A model generated the notes under the pieces. That model did not search any database and had not been told where the DNA came from. It was given only the letters and a program-made list of their open reading frames with translations. Source: Pristiophorus japonicus (taxonomy: Eukaryota). Taken from it: a DNA stretch of 64,000 nucleotides. The stretch spans positions 434,001-498,000 of the forward strand of contig NW_027253674.1 of the NCBI RefSeq assembly GCF_044704955.1, read 5' to 3'. This document shows positions 1-12,379 of this stretch, piece by piece. How positions within the stretch are numbered: the stretch's first letter is position 1; each line of letters begins with the position of its first letter. Position numbers and translations under genes: made by a program.

Positions 1-1381
1 AGACCAGTTAGCCTGACATCAGTGGTGGGGAAAATGTTGGAATCAATTACTAAAGATGACATAGCAGCACATTTGGAAAGCACTAACAGGATCGGTCCAA
101 ATCAGCATGGATTTATGAAAAGGAAATCATGCTTGACAAATATTTGAGAATTTTTTGAGGATGTAACTAGTAGAGTGGACAAGGGAGAACCAATGGATGT
201 GGTGTAGTGGGGCTTTCAAAAGACTTTTGACAAGGTCCCACACAAGAGGTTGGTGTGCAAAATTAAAGCACATGGCATTGGAGGTAATATATTGATGTGG
301 ATAGAGAACTGGTTGGCAGAGTCGGGATAAACGGATACTTTTCACAATGGCAGGCAGTGACTAGTTGGGTGCCGCAGGGCTCAGTGCTGGGACCCCAGCA
401 ATTTGCAATATACATCAATGACTTAGATGAAGTAATTGTGTATAATATCTCCAATTTTACAGATGACATTATGCTGGACGGTGGTGTGATATGTGAGGAG
501 AATGCTAAGAGGCTGCAGGGTGACTTGGAAAGGTCAGGTGAGTGGGCAATTGCGTGGCAGATGTCGTGTAATAACGATAAATGTGAGGTTATGCACTTTG
601 GTGGCAAAAACACGAAGGCAGAATATTATCTAAATGGCGCCAGATTAGGCAAAGGGGAAGTGCAACGAGATTCGGATGTCATGGTACATCAGTCATTGAA
701 GGTTGGCATGCAGGTGCAGCAGAAAGAAAGAAGGCAAATAGCATATTGGCCCATATCTTGGGGATTTGAATATAGCAGCAGGGCGGTCTTGCTGCAGCTG
801 TACAGGGCCTTGGTGAGGCCTCACCTGGAATACTGTGTTCAGTTTTGTTCTAATCTGAGGAAGGAAATTCTTGTTATTGCGGGAGTGCAGCGAAGGTTCA
901 GCAGAATGATTTCCGGGATGGCAGGACTGACATATGAGGAGAGATAGGATCATCTGGGTCTGTATTCACTGGAGTTTAGAAGAATGAGAGGGGACCTCAG
1001 AAACATTCTGATGGGACTGGGCAAGTTAGATGCAGGAAGAATGTTCCCGATGTTGGGGAAGTCCAGAACCAGTGGTCACAGTCTAAGGACAACGAATAAG
1101 CCATTAGGACCGAGATGAGGAGAAACCTCTTCACTCAGAGAGTTGTTAACCTGTGGAATTCTTTTCCGCAGAACGTTGTTGATGCCAATTCATCAGATAT
1201 ATTCAAGAGGGTGTTGGATATGGCCTTTAAGTTAAAGGGATCAAGGGGTATTGAGCGAAAGCGGGAAATGGGTACTGAGGTGAATGATCAGCCATGATCT
1301 TATTGAATGTTGGTGCAGGCTTGAAGGGGTGAATGGCCTATTCCTCCAACCTTTTTCTATGTTTCTATGTTTCTATGTTTC
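1..1381 (+). mobile_element. CR1-clade LINE, 3' portion (degenerate reverse transcriptase, 3' UTR and microsatellite tail)
   Basis: ORF 297-947 has RT motifs VPQGSVLGP, YINDL, FTDD and LYRALVRPHLEYCVQF. QHGFMK..SCLT lies upstream. The element ends in a (TTTCTATG)n tail at ~1354-1381. Confidence 0.93.
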
Positions 1382-4300
1382 AGGGTGCATGCATCTAATG
1401 GCCCAATGTGCTGTGCCATTTCTTTCAACTGGGTACTATTTATTGAACCTGTAACTCGCCCGGATTCTATCTGATCCATATTGTGTCTCACCTGACCAAT
1501 CATCCATCTCCCATAGGCATGACATGTGTCTCTTTTCCTGTCCTCGGCATCGTCCTCTCAATTCCTGCTTATTTTGCTCGTTAATTGTTCGTGCATGGTC
1601 TTCCAATACGGATACACCCTCTAGCATTTTTTTGGATATTTTAGATCCTAACTCTGAAGATTCTATCCTAATCCTGGACTGTTTCCTGATTAGTACCTCC
1701 GTCGTTCCCCTCAAACTATCTACACCTGCCTGGATCGCCTGTATATCTGGTACATCTACTAGAGATGTCCCTGTAAAGTTAATACGTCATTCGCTGTAAA
1801 TCTCTTCTGTCTTCCTTCTTTGTGTCTCAGCTTCTTGTGTTACTCCCTTGCTCCTGATGTGTCACTAGCTATTCTCAGGATTGTGTCTAGCAATCGTATT
1901 TACAAAGCTTTAGTCTTGTGGCTAATTTTTTTCTGGCAGGTATAGGGCTGATTAATTTATGCTCACAGGTAACATTTCATGCTGCACATTGTCAAATAAC
2001 AACATTACTTCTGTTCCAGGTTTAACTACCACGCAATTTCCCAAGGTTAATTCCCCTGGTTTACAATATTCAGGTAACATTTTTTACACACTTATCTTAT
2101 GGCTTCAAGACAAACGCTCCGGACACTTAGATGCTGCCATCTAGAGGCTGCTTTACGTAGTTATTGTAACCTCCGCTGTGGTTAAATGCTTCTGCGCCCC
2201 CTAGGGGCGGTCTTGTAGCTTGTCCTTGTAGAATCGGAAGGACGGTGATGATCACGTTTACATTCTGTTGATAAAACACATCCTGAATATTCCAGGTTTT
2301 AGTTAGAGTCTTACCATTTCCATTTCAACCGGATTTTCCTTTCACTAGCCACTGTATTGGTTCTGCAATTGCTGTGGTTAGGTACAAAATTCCGACAATA
2401 GCTAAAGAACCCCAGTACCTTACAAACCCCTCAGACTGGTTTTGGTCGGGGCATAATCCTAATGTCCTCCTTCCTGTCATTGGACATGGTCCGAGTTCCT
2501 TGGGATATTTCGTGTCCCAGGTACTGTACCACAGGTTGTCCGATGTGTGCCTTTTTGGATTTACTTTAAATCCTGCTTTCCGTTATCTCAAATATATTTT
2601 TCATAACTAGAACAGAGTCTAGCACGAAGGCTTTGATAGCTGCTTTCTGTTATCTCACATGTTCCAGTTTCAAAGCCTTTACGTCTCAGTTTCTATGGTT
2701 TTTCAACCACTGTATCTTAAGTCACAAGTTCAACTTATATTTTCCTTTGTTCTAAACTGTTAAGCCTGCCGTTTTAACATTTAATTTTTTTCAAAATTCA
2801 TTTTACACTTTCGCAGATAGCTCCCCATTGGCCAGGAGTTTGACCTGATCCCTGAAGGTATTTCTACATTGTTTCCAAACATGATAGTTTTATTTTTTTT
2901 TAAGTGATCAGATTTAACTTTTTATTTTAAATGTATCTCATTTTGTTGTGTATTTTCTGAAAGAGTGGTACTTGAAATCTTCACAACAAAATTAACTCTT
3001 CACTGCTCCCATCCTAATTTCTGCTCCCCTTTTGTAGTATTTGTATTTATTGTTGGATTATGAAATGTTAAATATGGTAATACTGTTTTTTAATCGAACT
3101 TATCATTTATGCTTATAGTGATTCACAGATCACAGAATGCAAAGTACTTGTTTTATAATTATGTGCCTAACTTCTGTTTTAGAAGCTGAACATCAAAAAC
3201 TCTAATCTTTTGCGCTGTAAATTCAATTTTGTGATACAGTGTCTCATAAATTTAATCTTTTTAAGCTTCAGCTTCTGACGCAGTATGTTTACTTTTATTA
3301 AAAGTCTTCCAAACCCAAGATTTTCCAATACAACCAAAATATTTATCAAGGAGAATCAACAGAAATATCTCAAATTCCCAATTCAAATATGCCAATCTTT
3401 TATTTAATTTTTTTTTTTAAACTGAGCTCGAAGCTTTTGCATCAATATTTTACACAAAGAAATATGGGGGCGTACTTCCCAAGCCCGCAGCCTTGAGACA
3501 CCGACGCAGGATTCTTTTTTAAAGGCATTACAATTTCCCTTCTCCGTTCTTTATCTCATTCCTGGACTAAATGTATTGTCTTTCAAACAAGTGAGCGTGT
3601 CGAAATTCTTTTTTTGAAACCAGCGGGATCACACATTTTTTATCTTTTGCTCAACAAACCTATCCTTTGTGCATTTCCTAGCACCATAACATATCATCTG
3701 AATAAATCCACACCTGCGTTTCTAAATTAAAATGTAATTCAATTCTAGGTTCACACTTTCTTAAAACTTCCTTCATACTGGACAGCACTACAAAGGGTTA
3801 AAAAAAATTCACTCCGTCTGAAAAAGTGGGTGGGGCCATAACAACAGGCAGCTCTACCACTTTCTGAAGCAGGCTTTCAGACACCTGAAAAATTCATTAA
3901 TTACCACATCAAGTATTCCGCAGTCAAAATCACACAAGCACTTTCATTCAAAGACAGACATTCACAAAAATCTCTCTTCATTCAACAAGGCTTATTGTTT
4001 GGCCGGCTCTATTTTTGTATCCATACTTCACTTAAGATAGTCACTAACAGTTTTTGTTATGGACTTCCGAAAAATATCTACTAAGCTAGTCTTCTGTCAA
4101 CCAATCAATACTTTATTTTCATCAGGTCCTAATCATAACCCTGTTAGTGGGGGATACAAATTTGGGCCAAATTCCTCTGTCCATTCCCTTCAGTCATCTA
4201 TATCTATTTTTATACTTACATCCTGTTGTCTTGTGTCACTTTCTCTGTCCATCTCACCTTCGGGTATCTTTCTATTCATCTTTCCGGCTGTTAAAATTAT

Positions 4301-5269
4301 CTTTTTCCCTTCATCATATCCTGCCTTAACCATCTTCATGACCTTTTCAGATTTATCTCTCAGAAACTCTTCTGGTAGTTTATACCTCAGCCCTCCAAGG
4401 GCCTTGGCAGATTCCTTTGCCATTTCAGACATTGGGGCTTTTTCTCCAGTTCCTGTTTTACCATCTTTATCAAGCAGAACTTTTTAAACCAAGGCTTTTT
4501 ATCTAGTGCTGTTTTTTCGCCTTTACTTATGCGGAACTATTTACACTGAGGCTTTTTCCCCGATATCCCGTATACGTACTTATTGTCCCAACACTTACAG
4601 TACTTATTTACATTGTCCTGACGCACCTTTCAACTGGATTTACTGGCTGCATGGACTCTACCTCAGATTCGTTGAATCTCTGGTTACTTTGCGAGGAGAA
4701 TTTCTCAAGGTAACTCTCTACTCACTCATTATTCGGTTGGTTTGGCTTTTTGAGTACAATCTGCCCGTCCCGTAGATCCTGCTGACTGCGCCAAGTTGTT
4801 AGAGTTAACTTCAAACCACCACTCGGAGATACAAGCTGGTAGGTGAGCTACCCTTGAATGAATGCTCAGAGAAACTGCCAGAGACATCATATTTTATACA
4901 GTTTCAGATTATCGTCTTACTTAATTATGCAAATTACAATTAATATGTGCTGATTAATTAATACATGATTATCTGGGAGTTTGCTTCCTCCAATCTGGCC
5001 TCTATATACTTTAATTAGTAATTCAGGATACATGTTGTTCTGATTCCTTTTATTTAACTTGTATCTTATTACAGAATTCAAATTCTATGTTATCTGTGTC
5101 TGTGCCCAGCTCCCAAGGCCTTTGGTCTATGAATTGGAACATCTGACCCTCTGCGGAAGGCATCCCACACATGCTTCCCACATTCTGAAAAACAGGCTGC
5201 GGGATCTATTTTAAAAATCTGCTAACTCCATTTAAAAAATCACAATTATTATTATTAATTGTAATTACA
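1382..5269 (-). mobile_element. Heavily deleted endogenous retrovirus ERV-C, copy 1 (5' LTR 4797-5269, PBS, leader ORF, pol and env remnants)
   Basis: A tRNA-Ser-like PBS adjoins a TG...CA bounded LTR. A pol thumb-like remnant (LGFFSYCRNFVP) lies at ~2380-2420 and an env-like heptad remnant at 1436-1714. Confidence 0.72.
4776..4793 (-). promoter_or_regulatory. Primer binding site of ERV-C copy 1 (tRNA-Ser-like)
   Basis: Plus strand ATCCTGCTGACTGCGCCA resembles the 3' 18 nt of tRNA-Ser plus CCA and sits 3 nt from the LTR end. Confidence 0.72.
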
Positions 5270-5289
5270 ATTTGTGATGTGCCCTTTCA

Positions 5290-6210
5290 GTCGATTATGG
5301 GGTATCTTATCGAAGGCCTTTGGAAATCTAGATAAATTACATCTACTACATTACGTTAGTTAACGCTATCTGTTACTTCTTCGAAAAATTCAAAGAATTT
5401 GGTCAATTCAAGACTTTCCCACTTATAATCCATGCTGACTATTCATTTTTGGTTTCTAGTTGTTCTTCCACTTTCTCCTTTAGTAGGGAATCCATTATTT
5501 TTCCTCCCAACGATGTTAAGTTGACTGGACTATAGTTCCTCAGACACGTTCTACCTCACTTCTTAAAAATAGGTATTATATTAGGTATCTGCCAATCCTC
5601 TGGCACTGCACTTTATTCGAACGAAATATTAAATATGTTTATTAATGCCTCTGCTATCTCTTCCCTCGATGTAATTTGTCCGAAGCCGGCATTTTATCCA
5701 TTTTCGGTTTGATTAGTTTATATAATATTTTCTCTTGTTTTTTCAAATGCAGTTATTTCATTTCTAATATCATCCAATGTCATGTCCACCTGTGTTGACT
5801 CCCTGATAAATATTGATGCAAAGTAATTGTTTAATATTTCTTCCTATCTCTGCCTGTGGGCAACCTTCTGAGCCACGTACCTTGGTATGTATTGTGGATG
5901 TCCTCCACGCAATCATTATCCTTATCGTTGGGCAGGAGCAGTGTCTCATTCTCAGCCTCTTCTCATTTCTCGCTTCACGGCACCCAATCAGCCACGGACT
6001 TTCCTGAACCTGCGCTTTTCTGTGGGATGTGACTGATTTCTGGATTAAATCACTTATCCTGTGTGTTTCAGAGTGTGTCGAACTCGCACTCCAGCCCAAT
6101 TACCCTGAGCCAGAGCGAATAAAGCAGAGACATTTCCTGCAGATGTGGGAATGTGGGACAGATTTGATGTCCACAAACTCACACACATTACAGTCTCGAC
6201 TCATTGCCTA
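5290..6210 (-). mobile_element. Old CR1 LINE fragments (paralog ~45200-46110)
   Basis: The reverse complement of gcctttggaaatctagataaattacatctac matches the VDVIYLDF.KAFD RT motif. An NYSPVNLT-like motif lies at ~5520-5535. Confidence 0.7.
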
Positions 6211-7962
6211 ACCTGCTATCTTTAGTTATTTTTTATAAATGTATTTGCTTATTTACACACTGAATTAATTTAATTACTTAGTTTTTATTCAATGGTTATT
6301 TATAATGATATTAATTAATTAGTAATTATAGTTAAATTATTAATTGAATAAAGTATTGTTATTGCTCCCAGGTCTTAGTGTGGACCAAGCTTCGAGAAAA
6401 AAGGTAATACTCACCAAACGTTCATCTACCTGCTTTATTTTGGAGGCCAAAGCAACACCTCCTTCAACCACTGTTCCCATTCAAACTCTCACCACATTCC
6501 GTTTAATATCACTGTGCAGAACACACTGTGAATCAGCAGTTCGTGTTTAGTTTTATACCATTGGAGCCACACACAAGTTACAAGTGCTGTCTCAGCTCCA
6601 TGCCCATTGCTCGCAGTAATTAGCACATATTTAAGACTAACACTTACAGCTGACTGATAGTTAACTATCACTAACAGGCAGTTTCTGCTAACTTCTGTAT
6701 TTAAAGTTCTAAGTTCAATTCAAAACGTTAATCTAAATGTCCCTTTTTACAGCTAATACTCAGCCAGACTCACCCCGGACTTACCACTGAATCTCACTTT
6801 CTCTACGTTCCCAAGTTTACCACTCTCTTTGTGCACTCTGTTTAAGATCAGGATGTGGTGATAGAGTAAACTATCGCATGCTCTGCTGGGCTGAAAGAGT
6901 CGGGGTGGGGAAGGTCGCTCTGTAAATTTGCAGTCCACAGGCAGACGGGCTGCTAACTCCCAGCACCCCCAGGGAAACCTCAGGGGAACGCCTCAGACCA
7001 GTTTGCAGCCGCGAGCATCGAATGGCCTATTTCTGTGCTGCAGACATTAAGTAACTCTATGTAAAGTGAGGTGTGAAGGAGAAGGGATGTCTGAAATGCG
7101 ACTCTGGGTCAACCACAGACCAGGGCGTGGTCAGAAGGGCAGGTCTGTGATGTCACAATACTCAGGCACAGTGTCATGCAAGTCTTCCGGCTTTATTACA
7201 TCACACATACTGCAATACCTAGCAACAAAGCTCGTTACCACCCTCCCTGAATGTTGCATATTATGGGCTATGTTTAGCACGGAGATTATTGAGAGAGTGA
7301 GGAGGAGCTGAGTTTAATGTGTGTCGAGTGTGTACGGGTAACACTTCATCCTGCAGATCACCGCATTGTTCAGGCAAACTTACAAAGGAACGTTATAATG
7401 GTGAATGTCACTGGGATATACTCCGTCTGCAGGAGACCCTTTAATCCCAAAGGTAGATTATCTGAAACAAGGATACGTCGCTATCACCAGGCGTTGGGGC
7501 TGCTCAGGTTAAACCCCATTGGGAGAAAAACACAAGGAGCCTGCAAAGGGATGAAAGCACTGACCTTTGAGCCTTTGAAACCTTCCCTCCCTGGCTGTTG
7601 TTTGGTCCCAGGCCATTTCCCTCCAGCTTTCCCTGGGAGTGCTGGGGACTGAGCGGCCCGCCCGTGGACTGAAAAGTAACAGAGCCACCTTCCCCGTGCC
7701 GCTCCCTTTGGGTAAACACATCCGACACGAGCCTGGCGGTCGGGAGCTTTATAAACCCGTCCCAGGCCGCAGCAGACGTCTTAGTGGGGATAAAACCTGC
7801 AGGAGTCCAGCGGGACTGATCTCCGTGGACTTCCCCACCTCTATCATTTTTGTTAGTCGCTGAATCCGCGCGGTGAAAGATGAAAACAGGCCTCACTGTG
7901 TGTGTATAACAGAGATGAGGGGATTGGGCAGAACACCCGCCCATAACATTGTGTGATTCTTA

Positions 7963-10945
7963 TTATTTAATACATTTAACAATTACAGTAAAGGGATATT
8001 TCACCACATTCTTCAACTCCTCTCTGAATTTCGACTGGGTCACGGCATAAATACATGTGTTGGTGCAGGAACTCAGGAGCTGAAGCATCAATCCCATTTC
8101 CTGTACATATTCAGGTAGATATACAGGAATAAAGTTTAACGAATACAATCGTTTAACCACAGAATATAACAGAAACACTGCCCATAACAGGATAAAATTG
8201 CCGGATATAACAAACAGTAAAATGATGGATTTCCTTCGCTTCTCCATCTCTGGGTCACTGGGAATCTCCCCACTGCTGTGGGCCCGGAGTCTCCTGCGGG
8301 CTCTGCTCGATACTAAAACGTGTCTGACAGTTAAAGTATTGAGCAGAAGGATCAGAACAAATGGAATAAACGGTGTTATAATATAATGAAGGAATTCAAT
8401 TACTGCCCATGATAGTGAGTCAGAGAATTTCCATGTAACAATACAAAACCAGGGACTATTGGAAATATTATACATACCTCCATACATAAAGTACCAGAAA
8501 GTGTTCTTTACACAGAACAGCGCACTCACTGTTCCCACAACCACAGTCGCCGTTTTCTCGGTGCAATATTTGGTTTTGAGCTTCTGACAACAAATGGCTA
8601 TACATCGATCAAAGGTAAAAGCAACTGTGAACCAGACGGAACAGTCTGTGACTGCGTAAAACAGGATGGCATGGATATTACACACTTTACTCTTCCACAT
8701 GAACTCAAACGCGGTCCAATAAAGAATAGAAATCTGCCTGGATATCAGGTCGAGGATAACGACCAGTAGATCCGCCGCTGCCATTGCCACCAGGTAACGG
8801 CTGACACACTTGGAGAGACCGCACCTTCCTCGAGACAGGATCATTATCGTCACTAAGTTCACTGCAAGAAAGAGAAAAACGGAATTTATATTTCAGATTG
8901 AGAGCAACAACAGCTGTCTCAAAGAATTATGTGTGAAATGTGTCAGGATTAAATGAACCAGCCAATGGGACGTGTGGTGTTTGGGTCAGGACTGATTACA
9001 CCAGCGGATGGGTCGTGTGGTGTTTGGGTCAGGACTGATTACACCAGCGGATGGGTCGTGTGGTGTTTGGCACAGTTACTGAAATAACCAATATATAGGA
9101 CGTGTGGCTGTCGGGATAAGGACTGAATGTACCAATGGATGGGACGTGTGGGTGTCGGGGCAAGGACTGAATGTACCAGTGGATGGGATGTTTGGGTGTT
9201 GTGACAGGGAGTGAGTGAAGCGGTGGATGTGATGTGTGGGTGCTGGGTCATGACTGAAAGAATTAATGTGTTGGACTTTTGCCGGGGTTTTAAAGCGCTG
9301 AATGAGACTAATATATAACGGCATATCCAAGTCAGAGTGAGCAATAATTCAGCACAAGAAGCCGCGAGTTTGTCAACAACCTGTGTCCATTGAGGGGAAT
9401 AGAGTCATTGTCCAGGGATGGGAATGTAGTCTGGGGACAGCGAGGGGAATGGAATCTGTATCCAGGGAGGAGAATGGAGTTGTGGGCCAAGGGAGGAATG
9501 GAGTCTGTGGCCAAGAAAAGGAATGGAGTCTGTACAGGGAGGGGAATGGAGTCTGTGGCCAAGGTGGGGAATGAAATTTGTTGCCAGAGAGGGGAATGGA
9601 GTCTTTGGCGAGATTATGGCGGTTGTGTCAAAGGCTGAAGAAGATGACTTGAATTGCATTATGTATCGAAATCAGAACCTTTCCAACAATTGTATTGAAA
9701 GTACACTTTGTAACTGGCTTAAGCTGACTTTCCAAGAATATTGCAAATAATCTTTAAAGAAGGGACTGTCGCTTTACAATAGACTAATGATGACCCATGT
9801 TGTATGATGTCACAGAGGATTTTCGAACGTGTCTGTTTACAGCTGGAACAATGTCAACCTGCTGCCTTTCACCTGGTATGAGAAAGTTACAGACTTCCAG
9901 TTGACAGAGAGAGTTTGAGACTGGAAATATTAAAATATTTCACAATATAGTGCTACATTTTGAATAGTTGCTACCGTGCGGCCCACACCGAGATCCCCTG
10001 AACTGTGGCTGAACAAGGGAAATAAATCAATTCAAGCACAACTGAATAAACATTTTACTGAGTCCGTATTGCAGTTTTAACCCTGTCCTGACCATCTGGA
10101 ATTAGTGACTGTGAGGCAGAGCGGGAGGCGGTGAAAATTACGACAACTGTCTATAGTGAATCATTAGTGGATAATGTCTCATATCTCAATGTATTTGTGA
10201 AGGGTCTCTCAACGCTGATTTCCACAGAGCAGTGTCATTAACAATAACCAGCGGTCCTTAAAACACGTATTACCGCTGAACACATATTTATTATCCAACA
10301 CTGGGCATCAGTGCAGAAAGCTGACTGCAAGCTGTTCAATAATCTAATCGTTCACTAACATATCTGTGTCAATAAAATCAAATTTCTGTCAAATCCTGTA
10401 AACCACTATTACTGGAAACAAGTTGTGGAAACAACACACTGTTTACTGAACTGGGAGCAGCGAGTCAGCAAATGATCAAACATTATATGACAGAAACTTC
10501 TGTGCATTGCCAGACACAGAACAAGAGGTTTAAATTGTGAAAACAACATACTGTTCATTGAACTGGGATCAGCGAATCAGCAAATTATCAAACATTACAT
10601 GACAGAAACTTCCGTGCATTGCCAGACACAGAAAACAGGTTTAAATTGTGAAAACAACATACTGTTCATTGAACTGGGAGCAGCAAATTAACAAATGATC
10701 AAACATTACATGACAGAAACCTCTTTTCATTGCCAGACTCAGAACAAGAGGTTGAAATTGAATACAATTAATAAGTAGAACTAAAGGACAAGGACAGAAA
10801 ATACAGAGAAACATGGGTTACATAATTAATTGCAGATGAAGGACTCACCAGGAACACCAACAGCAGCGAGGAGCGGGTAATAAATACGTTCCACTTTAAA
10901 AAATGCCCACAGGATCCAAAGCTCAGTTGGAATCTCCCAGAACAT
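7963..10945 (-). CDS. GPR139/GPR142-like class A GPCR, copy 1; exon 1 10849-10945, exon 2 7963-8861; 331 aa, intact
   Basis: Exon 1 encodes MFWEIPTELWILWAFFKVERIYYPLLAAVGVP and ends at a GTGAG donor. Exon 2 follows a pyrimidine tract and CAG acceptor, and the phases match. The protein is 7TM with MAAADLLV, FTFDRC (DRY variant) and NTCIY (NPxxY variant). Confidence 0.9.
8960..9250. repeat. Degenerate ~43-bp tandem repeat in the GPCR intron (paralog ~48860-49100 has one unit fewer)
   Basis: Unit ggactgattacaccagcggatgggtcgtgtggtgtttgggtca is repeated and then decays. Confidence 0.75.
9385..9620. repeat. Short degenerate tandem repeat with core GGAATGGAGTCTGTGGCCA (paralog ~49240-49470)
   Basis: The core recurs roughly every 25 bp. 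Confidence 0.7.
10430..10765. repeat. ~111-bp tandem repeat, 3 copies, in the GPCR intron (paralog ~50290-50620)
   Basis: acaaca.actgtt.a.tgaactggga...cagacacaga recurs at ~10431, ~10543 and ~10654. Confidence 0.85.
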
Positions 10946-11037
10946 GATTTGACTTTCTGTGACCTCCAATGAGCGCTGTTCGTTTTAGACAACAACTTCA
11001 GTCAAACATTGCTATACAGGCTGAAAGAAAATCCCTA

Positions 11038-11043
11038 TTTATA
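11038..11043 (-). promoter_or_regulatory. Putative TATA box of GPCR copy 1 (paralog 50895-50900)
   Basis: GGCTATAAATAGGG on the minus strand lies ~95 bp upstream of the ATG and is conserved in both copies. Confidence 0.55.
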
Positions 11044-11399
11044 GCCTGAGTGAACTCTCCAGTGAGACAATTAAACTGCACACTGAAGGATATTATTCAC
11101 AGTCACTGAATAAACAAGTTGTCCGAACCTTTTCTTTGCATCACTTTCAATTGCAAAATATCTTAAAAGCAACGTGGCTTTGAGATCAAATAACTTTATC
11201 CAAATCCAAGCACTATTTGTAAAAGCAGAAATAGTTAATTCCACAGAATCACAGCATGCATATGAAGGGAGCAACTTTCATTTAGGGAGTTTCTATTATT
11301 ACTGAGATGTAAAATAACTCTGTAATTTCAGATTTTCAATTCACTTCTCGGGGTAACACAAGTGAAATAAAACAAATGGAAGGATAGATGCAGGCTAAG

Positions 11400-12330
11400 T
11401 AAAGGTCAGTAACATGCATGGGGACTGACAGTACAGTGCTAATTAAGGATACATGGGCACTGATAAAACAATGGTCAGTAAAGATATATGACGACTGATC
11501 ATACAATGATCAGTAAGGATACATGGGGACTGATAATACAATGGTCAGTAAGGGTACATGGGGACTGATAATACAATGGTCAGTAAGGATACATGGGGAC
11601 TGATAATACAGTAGTCAGTAAAGATATATGACTACTGATCACACAATGATCAGTAAGGATACATGGGGACTGATAATACAATGGTCAGTAAGGGTACATG
11701 GGGACTGATAATACAATGGTCAGTAAGGGTACATGGGGAGGATAATACAGTGGTCAGTGAAGGTACATGAGCACTGATAATACAATGGTCAGTAAGGGTA
11801 CATGAGGAGGATAATACAGTGGTCAGTGAAGGTACATGAGCACTGATAATACAGTGGTCAGTAAGGGTACATGGGGACTGATAATACAATGGTCAGTAAG
11901 GGTACATGGTGACTGTTAATATAATGGCGAGTAAGGATACATGGGACTGATAATACAGTGGTCACTAAGTGTACATGCGGATGGATAATACAGTCGTCAA
12001 TTCGGATACATGGGGACAGATAATACAATGGTCAGTAAGGGTACATTGGGAAGGATAATAAAATGGTCAGTAAGGGTACATGGTGACTGTTAATATAATG
12101 GTGAGTAAGGATACATGGGGACAGATAATACAGTGGTCAGTAAGGGGATATGGGGCATATAATATATTGGTCAGTAAGGGTTCATGTGGACAGATAATAC
12201 AGTGGTCCGTAAGGGCATATGGGGGCAGATAACATATTGGTCAGTAAGGGTACATGGGGACAGATAATACAATGGTCAGTAAGGATACATGTGTGCTGTT
12301 AATACAATGGTCAGTAAGGATTCATGGCGA
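11400..12330. repeat. 35-bp minisatellite, ~26 copies (paralog ~51260-52150)
   Basis: Consensus gggactgataatacaatggtcagtaagggtacatg, arranged head to tail with no spacers. Confidence 0.95.
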
Positions 12331-12379
12331 CCTATGCCATACAGATAGTCACACGCCATGCTATTGTTTATTTTCCTCA

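Noticed and set aside
4776-4793. tRNA genes at the CCA-ending motifs (also 22222 and 23582)
   Set aside because: Only ~18 nt match, they include the non-templated CCA, and they abut LTR ends. They are primer binding sites.
7504-7944. 146-aa ORF conserved in both duplicates (also 47399-47839)
   Set aside because: It has no recognisable domain, lies in the GPCR 3' flank, and its conservation is explained by recent duplication.
11400-12330. CRISPR-like array of ~35-bp repeats
   Set aside because: Units are head to tail with no unique spacers, there are no cas genes, and the context is vertebrate. It is a minisatellite.
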